From the NCBI RefSeq assembly GCF_009914755.1, contig NC_060941.1: 64,000 nt of DNA; one strand, 5' to 3'. Position 1 is the stretch's first letter. Every line of letters begins with the position of its first letter. Below, piece after piece: positions 54,490 to 64,000 of this stretch. Below the pieces are notes generated by a model. The model was not told where the DNA came from. It was given only the letters and a program-made list of their open reading frames with translations, and did not search any database. The translations under genes and the position numbers were made by a program. This DNA is from the human T2T-CHM13v2.0 reference genome, Homo sapiens.

Positions 54490-56355
54490 TTTTTTCCCCA
54501 ACTTTCATTTTAGAATCAGGGGGTACATGTGCAGGCTTATTACACAGGTATATTATATGATACTGAGGTTTGGAGTATGAATGAATCTGTCCCCCAGGTG
54601 GTGATCATAGTACCCAATAGGTAGGGTTTTTTTCAATCCTTACCCTACTTCCACCCTCCCCGCTCTTGTATTCCTCAGTATCTATTGTTACCATTTTTAT
54701 GATCACGAGTACCCAAGGTTTAGCTTCCGCTTATAAGTGAGAACATATGGTATTTGGTTTTCTGTTTCTGTATTAGTTTGCTTAGGATAACGCTTTCCAG
54801 CTGCACCTGTGTTGCTGCAAAGGCTGTGATTTTGTTCTTTTACATGGCTGCATAGTATTCCATTGTGTATATGTACCATATTTTCTTTATCAAGTCCACG
54901 ACTGATGGGCATCTAGGTTGATTCCATGTCTTTGCTGTTGTGAATAGTGCTGCAATGAACATACAATTGCATGTGTCATTTTGGTAGAATGACTTATTTT
55001 CCTTTGGGTATATGCCCAGTAGTGGGATTGCTGGGTCAGATGGTAGTTCAACTCTCAGTTCTCTGAGAAATCTCTTAACTGCTCTCCACAGTGGCTGAAC
55101 TAATTTACATTCTCACCAGCAGTAGCAGCAGCATGTAAGTGTTCCCTTTTCTCCCACCATCTGTTATATTTTGTCTTTTTAAGAAAAGCCATTCTGGGCC
55201 GGGCGTGGTGGCTCATGCCTGTAATCCCAGCACTTTGGGAGGCTGAGGCGGGCAGATCACGAGGTCAGGAGATCGAGACCATCCTGGCTAACATAGTGAA
55301 ACCCCGTCTCTACTACAAATACAAAAAATTAGCTGGGCGTGGTGGCAGGCGCCTGTAGTCCCCAGCTACTCAGGAGGCTGAGGCAGGAGAATGGCGTGAA
55401 CCCAAGAGGCAAAGCTTGCAGTGAGCCCAGATTGCGCCACTGCACTCCAGCCTTGGCGACAGAGTGAGACTCCGTCTCAAAAAAAGAAAAAAAAAGAAAA
55501 GCCATTCTGACTGGTGTGAGATGATATCTTATTATGGTTTTGATTAGCAGTTCTCTAATGATTAGTGATGATGAGCATTTTTTTCATGTCTGTTGGCCAC
55601 TTGTAGGTCTTCTTTTGACAAGTGTCTGTTCATGTCCTTTGCCCACTTTTAAGTGGAGTAATAATTTTTTGCTCTTTAACTTCCTTAATAGATTCTAGAT
55701 ATTAGACCTTTGTCAGATATAAAGTTTGTGAATATTTTCTTCCATTCTGTAGGTTATCTGTTTACTCTCTTGATAGTTTCTCTTGTGGTGCTTCTGTGTG
55801 CTCTTTAGTTTAATTAGGTCCCATTTGTCAATTTTTGTTTTTGTTGCAATTGCTTTTAAGAACTTAACCATAAATTCCCTGCCAATGCCGATATCGGAAA
55901 GGGTGTTCCTAAGTTTTCTTGTAAGATTTTTATAGTTTGAGGTCTTACATTTAAGTCTCTCATCCATCTTTTGAGTTAACTTTTATATATGGTGATAGGT
56001 AGGGGGTCCTGTTTCATTCTTCTGCATATGGATAGCCAGTTATCCCAGCACCATTTTTTGAATAGGAAGTTTTTTTTCCCATTGCTTATTTTTGTCAATT
56101 TTGTTGAAGATCAAATAGTTGCAGGTGTGTGGCTTTATTTCTGGATTCTCTATTCTGTCCCATTGGTCTATGTGTCTGTTTTTGTACCAGTACCATGCAG
56201 TTTTAGTTACTGTAGCCTTGTAGCATACTTTGAAGTCAGGCAATACAATGCCTCCAGTTTTGGTTTTTCTTTGTTTCTTGATTTTTTGTTTTATTTTGCT
56301 TAGGATTGCTTTGACTTCTTTTTGGTTCCATGTGAATTTTAGAATTTTTTTTTCT
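54490..56355 (-). mobile_element. L1 3' fragment (L1PB/L1MA-like) interrupted by a young Alu
   Basis: ORFs 55713..55967 and 56040..56243 translate L1 ORF2 motifs ([20 protein letters not shown]). Confidence 0.92.
55197..55493 (+). mobile_element. AluY-like element with 16-bp target-site duplication
   Basis: gagatcgagaccatcctggctaac diagnostic; aagaaaagccattctg at 55181-55196 and 55494-55509. Confidence 0.93.
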
Positions 56356-56544
56356 AGACCATCAAATATTTGATGAATTTAACAATGAAAATATTTTTTC
56401 TTTTTTTTCCTCTTTCACACTAGTGAGGAAGTAACAAAAACAGGACAAATTGACTGAACAGAATAAATGTGTTTATCATATTTAGATTATTTTTCCTTTC
56501 TCAATTTATACTTATATAAAGTAAAAATAAACTAATTAGAGCTA

Positions 56545-56851
56545 AATGGGGTGACTTGTACCTGTAACCTCAGCACTTTGGGAGGCCAAGGCAGGAGGAT
56601 CACTCGAGCCCAGGAGTTCAAGACCAGCCTGGACAGCATAGGGAGACCCTATCTGTAAAAAAAAAAAAAAAAAAAAAAAAAATTGTAAAACATTAGCCAG
56701 GCGTGATGGTACATGCCTGTAGTCCAAGTCACTCAGGAGACTGAGATGGGAAGATCACTTGAACCCTGAAGGTTGAGGCTGCAGTGAGGCATGATCATGC
56801 CACTGTACTTCAGCCTGGACAAGAGAGCAAGACCTTGTTTCTAAAAAGGAA

Positions 56852-56894
<43 letters not shown>

Positions 56895-57070
56895 TATACA
56901 TATATATATACACACACACACACAGAGTATATATATGTGTATATATGTAGTTTTATATGTATAAAAGTATATGTATATATATTCTTTTTATACATAAAAA
57001 GTGTGTATATATATACTTATATATTATATATATGTATATACACACACACTTTTTTCTAAATATATATACA
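56545..57070 (+). repeat. AluJ-like element followed by a (TA)n-rich low-complexity tract
   Basis: Alu ~56545-56848; TA/CA repeats 56853-57070. Confidence 0.88.
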
Positions 57071-57149
57071 ATTAGAAGAAATTCTAGGCAACTGCCAAAT
57101 CCTTAGCACTTTACTTCACAGTTTAAGAATTTTATGTAATTGGGACCTA

Positions 57150-57532
57150 TATTAGTATGCTTGGGCTTCTATAACAAAATACTATAGACTGAGTGGCTTA
57201 AGCAACAGAAATTTATTTTCCCACAGTTCTGGAGATAGGAAGTCCAAGATCAAGGGGCTGGCCAATTTGGTTTCTGGGAGGGCTCCCTTTCTGGCTTATA
57301 AATGGCTGCCTTCTTGCTATGTCCTTACATGACGGAGAGGGTGAAAGAGATCTCTTTCTTCCTCATCTTATAAGGCCACCGTCATATTGGATCAGAGACT
57401 CACCCTTACAACTTTATTTAATCTTAATTACCTTCTAAAGACCCTATCTCTAAATACAGTCACATTGGGGATTAGGGCTTCATTATATGAATCATTCATT
57501 ATATGGGGGACATAATTCAGTCAGTCCATAGC
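57150..57532 (-). mobile_element. MLT1-type MaLR LTR
   Basis: 'aacagaaatttattttcccacagttctggag...gaagtccaagatcaagg' antisense MLT1 motif. Confidence 0.8.
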
Positions 57533-57565
57533 AGAACCATATCAAAATTATATCTTGTCTTATAG

Positions 57566-57619
57566 ATGAGAGAAGAGTTAAACTGGATTTACTTCTGAAT
57601 GAAGTAGATGAAGTTTTAG
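57566..57619 (+). CDS. 54-nt phase-1 exon of EFCAB13/EFCAB3-like EF-hand repeat
   Basis: tcttatag|...|gtgagt; open frame (x)ERRVKLDLLLNEVDEVL(G). Confidence 0.65.
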
Positions 57620-58272
57620 GTGAGTCAGAAGAAATGATGATAAGACAATAAAAATCATCTAAATGTTTAACAAAATAAATTATTTTGAAAGTATTTTATG
57701 TTATCTGGTCCATAACATATTAATCCTGATATTGTGTCTGTTTTTATTGGCAATTTATATACAATTAAAGAGACATGCTTTATAAACTAAATGTTATTAA
57801 TTATTATAATATAATCAGTTGTTATCTACATCTTACTTAAAAGGCCACACTGTAATGCCTAAATAACATGTCCTATATTCTTTGGAGTTTTTCAATAATA
57901 TAATTTCATTCTTTGATAGCAAAATAGCAATGCAAATTACACATACAGGTAATATGGCTACCAAGAACAAATTCATGATTCAAACACAAATGAAACAATA
58001 GAGCAAATATTACATGCTGGCAGAATTATTCATACCACATCATTTAGCGAACTCTGTGTGCTGTGTTTGTTTCTTGTTCCCAACATTGAAGAGCTTTCTT
58101 CTACCAGAAAGAAGTTTCATTTCTGAAGTCTCCCTTCTCATTCTGTGTAATTAGACGACACTGATGTTTCTGTTGCTTTTTATCCTATATTTGAGGATGA
58201 TGCTACACAGACATAATTGATTTTATAATTACTATTGAAATGTGATCTTTTTTGATTATTTTCTTTTTTAAG

Positions 58273-58377
58273 GGGAAGAAATTAACTATGAAGACCTGGA
58301 AAATATTCTGAAAAACATAGGGTTAAGACTGCAACTGAAGGAAAACTTGGTGTTGATGAAAAGTTTGCCACTTGATG
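58273..58377 (+). CDS. 105-nt phase-1 exon of EFCAB13/EFCAB3-like EF-hand repeat
   Basis: T-rich tract + AAG|...|GTAAG; open frame (G)EEINYEDLENILKNIGLRLQLKENLVLMKSLPLD. Confidence 0.75.
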
Positions 58378-58945
58378 GTAAGCATTTGATTTATGATGAG
58401 GTATTTATTCATCCATTTACTAAAAGTTAATGTGCTGCCGTTAGGTACTAGACATTATATTTGGCTCTGAGTCTTAAAGAATAAAAAAGACAATGTCCAG
58501 GTCCTAAAAGAATTCAATATATAGATAGATAGCACATGCCAAAAAAATTCCATGCACTATGGTAAGTGCTATAATATTAATAAATACATACTGCCATGTA
58601 AGTAAAAGGGGAAGATTGACCAGCTATGACTGGAAACTCTAGGCTTCACAGAGTGAATTTTATTTCAAATGAGCCTGAACAGTTTAACAGTAGGAAATGG
58701 CAAGAACTAAAAAGAAAAACATAACAAAGGCACAGAGGCATACTCAACCAAGGCATGGTTGAGGAACCATGTATAATTTCATGTTGAGATAGTATAGAGT
58801 ACACAGTGATATTCACAATATGTGAAGAAATTTATTAATTTGACTCAATTTAATCAAAGAAGAAGATGAGTCCCAGGGCAGAGAGACCCAGGAATTTTTA
58901 ATCATTTTCTTGAGCTGACACTCTCCTCTGGTCAATTTCACCTTT

Positions 58946-61257
58946 TTGTCCCCATAAGTTATTGGGGTACAGGTGGTATTTGGTTACATGCATAAGATCA
59001 TTAGTGGTGATTTGTGAGATTTTGGTGCACCCATCACCTGGGCAGTATACACTGCACCCTATTTGTAGTCTGTTATCCCTCATCCCCTTTCCACCCTTCC
59101 CCCCAGTCCTTAAAGTGCATTGTATCATTTTTATGGCTTTGTGTCCTCATAGCTTAGTTCCCACGTATCAGTGAGAACATACGATGTTTGGTTTTCCATT
59201 CCTGAGGTACTTGGCTTAGAATAATAGTCTCCAATCTCATCCAGGTTGCTGCAAATGCCGTTAATATTCCTTTTTATGGCTGAATAGTATTCCATCATAT
59301 AAATATACCACAGTTTCTGTAACCACTTGTTGATTGATGGGCATTTGGGTTGGTTCCACTTTTTTGCAATTGTGAGCTGTGCTGCCATAAACGTGTGTAC
59401 AGGTATCTTTTTCATATAATGACTTCTTTTCCTCTGGGTTGATACCAGTAGTGGAACTGCTAGATCAAATAGTAGTTCTACTTTTAGTTCTTTAAGCAAT
59501 CTCCACACCATTTTCCATAGTGGTTGTAATAGTTTACATTCCCACCAGCAGTGTAGAAGTGTTCCCTTTTTACCACATCCACGCCAACAGCTACTGTTTT
59601 TGGATTTTTTTCTTATGGCCATTCTTGCACGAGTAAAGTGGCATCATATTGTGGTTTTGATTTGCGTTTCCCTAATCATTAGTGATGTTGAGCATTTTTC
59701 ATATGTTTGTTGGCCATCTGTGTATCTTCTTTTGAGAATTGTCTATTCATGTCCTTAGCCCACTTTTTGATGGGATTGCTTTTCTTCTTACTGATTTGTT
59801 TGAGTTCATTGTAGATTCTGGATATTAGCCCTTTATCAGATGTGTAGATTGTGAAGATTTTCTCCCACTCTGTGGGTTGTCTTAAAAGAGCAATTTTATT
59901 TTGCTCATGATTTTGTAGGTCAAGAACTAGGCTTTTCTGGATCCAGAGGAGTCATTTACATGATAGCTCACTCTCTTAAATGGCAAATTGGTACTGAATG
60001 TCATCTGGGAACTCAGCAGGACTTCAGTCTGGGACCTCCAGTTCTTCTCTATGTGGGCTTCTCCACGGGATTGCTTCGTCTTCCTCATAGCACAGTGGCT
60101 GGTTTTCAAGAGCAATTGTTCCAAGAGACAGATAGTGGAAGCTGTCAGTTTCATAAGGCCTAGGCACAGAAACAGGTACAGAGTCACTTCTGTAGTTTTC
60201 TGTTGATTAAAGCAATTGCAGAACACACACAAAATCAAAAGGGAAAGAACATAAATCCCCCACATCGCCATGGTTAGGTTGAAATGTTAAATGAAAAAAA
60301 AAAAGTGTGTCATTCCTACTCGATTGTCAAGAATTTTTATATTTTAAGACTCTATTTGGTTTACTGCATCTAACACAGTACCTTAAGTTGTCATTGTTAA
60401 AGTTAATTTAAAGTTAAATTGAACAATGATTTTATATTGCTCAATATTTGAGGGAAAGTGTGAAAGCTGTTTTTCTAAAATTGAGAGAGAATAAACTGGA
60501 TAGAATCTTAAAAAAAAAAAAAGAAAGACAGAAAGAAAGAAAGAAAGAGTGTTTTTCCCCACTTTATGTTTTTGTTTGCTTTGTGGAAGATTAGATGGCT
60601 GTAAGTATTTGGGTTTATTTCTGGGTTCTCTATTCTGTTCCATTGGTCTATGTGTCTATTTTTATACCAGTACCATGCTGTTTTGGTGACTATGGACTTA
60701 TAGTATAGTTTGAAATCAGGTAGTGTGGATGGCTCCAGATTTGTTATTTTTGCTTAGCCTTGCTTTGGCTATATGGGCTCTTTTTTGGTTCCATATGAAT
60801 TTTAGGATTGTTTTTTCTAATTCTGTGACAAATGATGGTGGTATTTTGATGGGGATTGCATTGAATTTTTATATTGCTTTTGGCAGTATGGTCATTTTCA
60901 CAATATTGATTCTACTGATCCATGAGCATGGGATGTGTTTCCATTTGTTGGTGTCATCTATGATTTCTTTCAGCAGTATTTTGTAATTTTCCTTGTAGAG
61001 ATCTTTCACCTCCTTGATTAGGTATATCCCTAAGTATTTTATTTATTTATTTATTTTGCAGCTGTTGTGAAAGGGGTTGACTTCTTGATTTGATTCTCTG
61101 CTTGGTTGCTGTTGGTGTATAGAAGAGCTACTGATTTGTGTACATTAATCTCGTATCCAGAAACTTTGCTGAATTCTTTTATCAGTTCTAGGAGCTTTCT
61201 AGAAGAGTCTTTAGGGTTCTCAAGATAAACGATCATATTATCAGCAAACAGTGACAA
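58946..61257 (-). mobile_element. 5'-truncated L1 (L1PB-like) with 14-bp TSD, interrupted at 59883-60546
   Basis: tcaatttcaccttt at 58932-58945 and 61258-61271. ORF 61051..61257 carries the RT motif [16 protein letters not shown]; ORF 59131..59622 is the ORF2 C-terminus. Confidence 0.9.
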
Positions 61258-61597
61258 TCAATTTCACCTTTAACCACAGAGAAACGTAGAACTGAAAGAA
61301 GGCAATCCACCAACCATAAAAGTTACAGGAAGATAAAATACCAGAGGGCAGCTTATCAGTCTTCTCTTGTTTACATTAGTCCTTCACTTGTGAAGGGTTT
61401 ATGTGCTGCCCTGATGTTACCTTCCAGACACCTGACTATTGGTCTAGCCTTTTGTTGCTGCTTTCTATAGTGAAGGAGTAGGCAATGATAATCTTAGATT
61501 CATGGTACATAAAGGCAAAGGCAAAAATCTTTTAAAAAGAAAAGTTTCCCTAATTGGTGCTTCAACTGCCACTGCTAGCCCTCTACCCCAGGCTGTA

Positions 61598-61601
61598 AAC
61601 A

Positions 61602-61648
<47 letters not shown>
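61598..61648. repeat. (CA)n microsatellite
   Basis: Directly visible. Confidence 0.95.
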
Positions 61649-61655
<7 letters not shown>

Positions 61656-62356
61656 GCTTTTCATTTCCCAAGAATTTTGTTATGGCTTTTCACTTGGTTC
61701 CCACAATCCAATGCTCAAACTTCAGTTACTCCAGGGTTGATTTGTGGAGAGGAAGCCAGAAATCCATGGAACTTCACCACCTATGTGGGAACAGATGAAT
61801 TTCTGTAAATATGAAAGCTGTCACGGCAGCAGACAACGTCTCACTGATTACCTTGAAGAAGAATTTATTGTCATGGGCTTGTCAATGAAAACACAAAGCA
61901 AAGCATCCATTTGATGTCATGTGAAAAATATATGGAAATGCTCAATGCTAACATTCAAAGAAATCTTGTCATAATCATCAGGTTTTTTGCTCAAGAATCA
62001 CCTGAGCTAAATCTAACTATATCTCACATTATACTTGGAAACACCAATATGCATTATCTTAAGCAGAGGAGTAGAAAAGGAGAACTCAGAAGAAAAGGAG
62101 AAATCAGAAGCAAAGAGAGATATAAGAAAGGCATGGCAAGCTACCACTAATTGTTTTGATTGTCAAAAAAGAAAAAGTAGGTAGATTTATTATCTTAAGG
62201 GCTCTCCTGTTGGTCTAATTCTTATTTCAGGTATAAACACAAACACGAAAAGATTTAAGTAAAATTATAAGAGTTGTTCTTCTGAAATTGCTGGTTTTTA
62301 AAATATTTTATCAGGCCTCTCTATCAGTTTCTATACTGTGCTTTAATATCTTACAG

Positions 62357-62410
62357 CTGCTGGAAAGTTGTATAAATGTAAGTTGCTGAATGGAACAAGG
62401 TCTCTCAAAG
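62357..62410 (+). CDS. 54-nt phase-1 exon of EFCAB13/EFCAB3-like EF-hand repeat
   Basis: cttacag|...|gtaagt; open frame (A)AGKLYKCKLLNGTRSLK(G). Confidence 0.72.
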
Positions 62411-62873
62411 GTAAGTGAGAAATCAGGTAAAAGTGATTGCGTTTACTTTTTTAAAACCACATATATTTGGGGTGATGACAAGTTTGGCAATTAACCTGTT
62501 TACTAAGTGTTTTTGTCTCATAATTTACTACTTTGAACATAGTGCCTTTGGGGAAATGATTTTTTATTCTATCACTACATTTAAAATCTATTTTACAAAT
62601 AGAATTATAAAGGCAGTTTCTTTCCACATTTCATCAGACTTGCCTAGTTCTTCAGTTTTTTCCTTATAAATGTCCCATGAAAGCTATAGTCAGATCCTCT
62701 AGACAAAAATGGGAGAGCACGTTCTGCTCCCGATTCACATAGCAATTCTTTTCATATAAACAACTTTATTGTTTCTTTGATTGTTTACCCTCTGTTAACT
62801 CATGGACATGCCCAGTATTTTTCACTTTATCCTTATTGTTTGCATTTCTCATTCCTGTCCTCTTTTTTCTAAG

Positions 62874-62978
62874 GAGTGAAGCTTAGTGTTGATAAGCTAG
62901 AACCCTTCATAGAACATACGGGCTTTGAGCTTGAGGAAGAGGAATACCAAGATCTGAAAAACAACCTGCCCATTTATG
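62874..62978 (+). CDS. 105-nt phase-1 exon of EFCAB13/EFCAB3-like EF-hand repeat
   Basis: Pyrimidine tract + AAG|...|GTGAG; open frame (G)VKLSVDKLEPFIEHTGFELEEEEYQDLKNNLPIY, which aligns without gaps to the 58273 exon. Confidence 0.75.
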
Positions 62979-64000
62979 GTGAGCTGCTCTTTAAGCAAAA
63001 CTTTCGATTCATATATGAGAACTTCTGATAGTATATTTAGAGTTGTGCAGAAGCATTAAAAAATGAAAAGAACTACACTCCAGCCTGAGCAACAGAGTGA
63101 GACCCTGTCTCCAAAATAAATAAATAAATGCATAAATAAATAATATATAAAAAGGTAAGAGTCCAGTCCTCAAGAATTAATCAATTCATGCAGTAGACTT
63201 TATTGAGCATCTAATATATATAAACTATTAGGAATACAAAAATGAAGATGACAGGATCTCTGACCTCTAGGAGTTCATAGTCTAGTAATACAGCTTATAT
63301 GCAGACAAGTCATCATAATGCTATGTGGTTGTGAATATATAAAAATATATTCAGTGAGATCCTAAAGGAGGAAAGAGCTAAGTTTGCCAGGAAGGCAATC
63401 AGAGAAAGGCTTGTCAGAAGATGTGTGGAAATTCTCCCAGATGAAGGCATTCCAGATAGGAAAATAATGCATACAAAAGCATAAATGCATGCAAAGTCAC
63501 AGAATTGTTAGGAGAGCAGCAAGAATTTCCTTGTGGGTAGAATGTACTCTTCATGTTACAACATGGCAAGAAAAAAAAAAAAAGGCTGGAAAGGCAGATT
63601 GCCAAGACTGGAAAGCTGTGTAGTTTAGCTGTCATCATTCTTTTGAGCCTTTCAGTAATGTGTGCCTTTCTGGAAATTTGTCCATTTCATCTAAGTTGTC
63701 TTATTTGTTGGCATGAAGTTGTTCATGGTATTTCTTTATATTCCTTTTTAATTTCTATGAAGTCAGTAATGATTTTCTTTCTCATGATTTTGATCTGTAT
63801 CTTTTTTATTTAGTCAGACTAGCTAAAGATTTGCCAATTTTGTTGATCTTTTCAAAAAGCCAACATCAATTTTTCCTATCAATTTTCTGTTTTCCATTTT
63901 ATTGATTTCAGCTCTAATCCTCATTATTTTCTTCTCTCAGCTTACCTTAGGTTTAGTTTGTTCTTCTTATGGTGAAAACTTAAATTCTTAACTTAAAATC

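Noticed and set aside
59131-61257. L1 ORF2 fragments as an active retroelement
   Set aside because: 5'-truncated, frameshifted and interrupted.

Overview
Primate (most likely human or great-ape) nuclear DNA, rich in Alu/L1, with no prokaryotic features. Most ORFs in the supplied track are repeat-derived or GC-rich noise. The window is a mosaic of unprocessed gene fragments typical of chromosome 17 segmental duplications; from recalled gene order it is probably the 17q23 TBC1D3P2 region next to EFCAB3, which I could not verify. Left to right: one RPS6KB1 kinase exon (-, 941-1088); one YWHAE exon (+, 6939-7045); scrambled NOS2 pseudo-exons in both orientations, including a ~255-bp inverted repeat (14.5-16.9 kb); a complete 14-exon TBC1D3 copy (-, ~18634-29640) whose only lesion I can find is a 1-nt deletion, predicting a 346-aa TBC-only protein with a stop 39 nt before the last junction; eleven consecutive USP32 exons (-, 36643-50952; catalytic Cys box intact, one TGA) directly upstream of TBC1D3, i.e. 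the two parents of USP6 in reverse order; and four open phase-1 exons alternating 54/105 nt (+, 57566-62978) that splice into a 53-aa EF-hand-like repeat resembling EFCAB13/EFCAB3, invisible in the ORF track. Also present: a U6 fragment, a polyadenylated insert inside an L1, and many Alu/L1/LTR/DNA-transposon relics. Gene identities come from my recall of the proteins; no database search was run.
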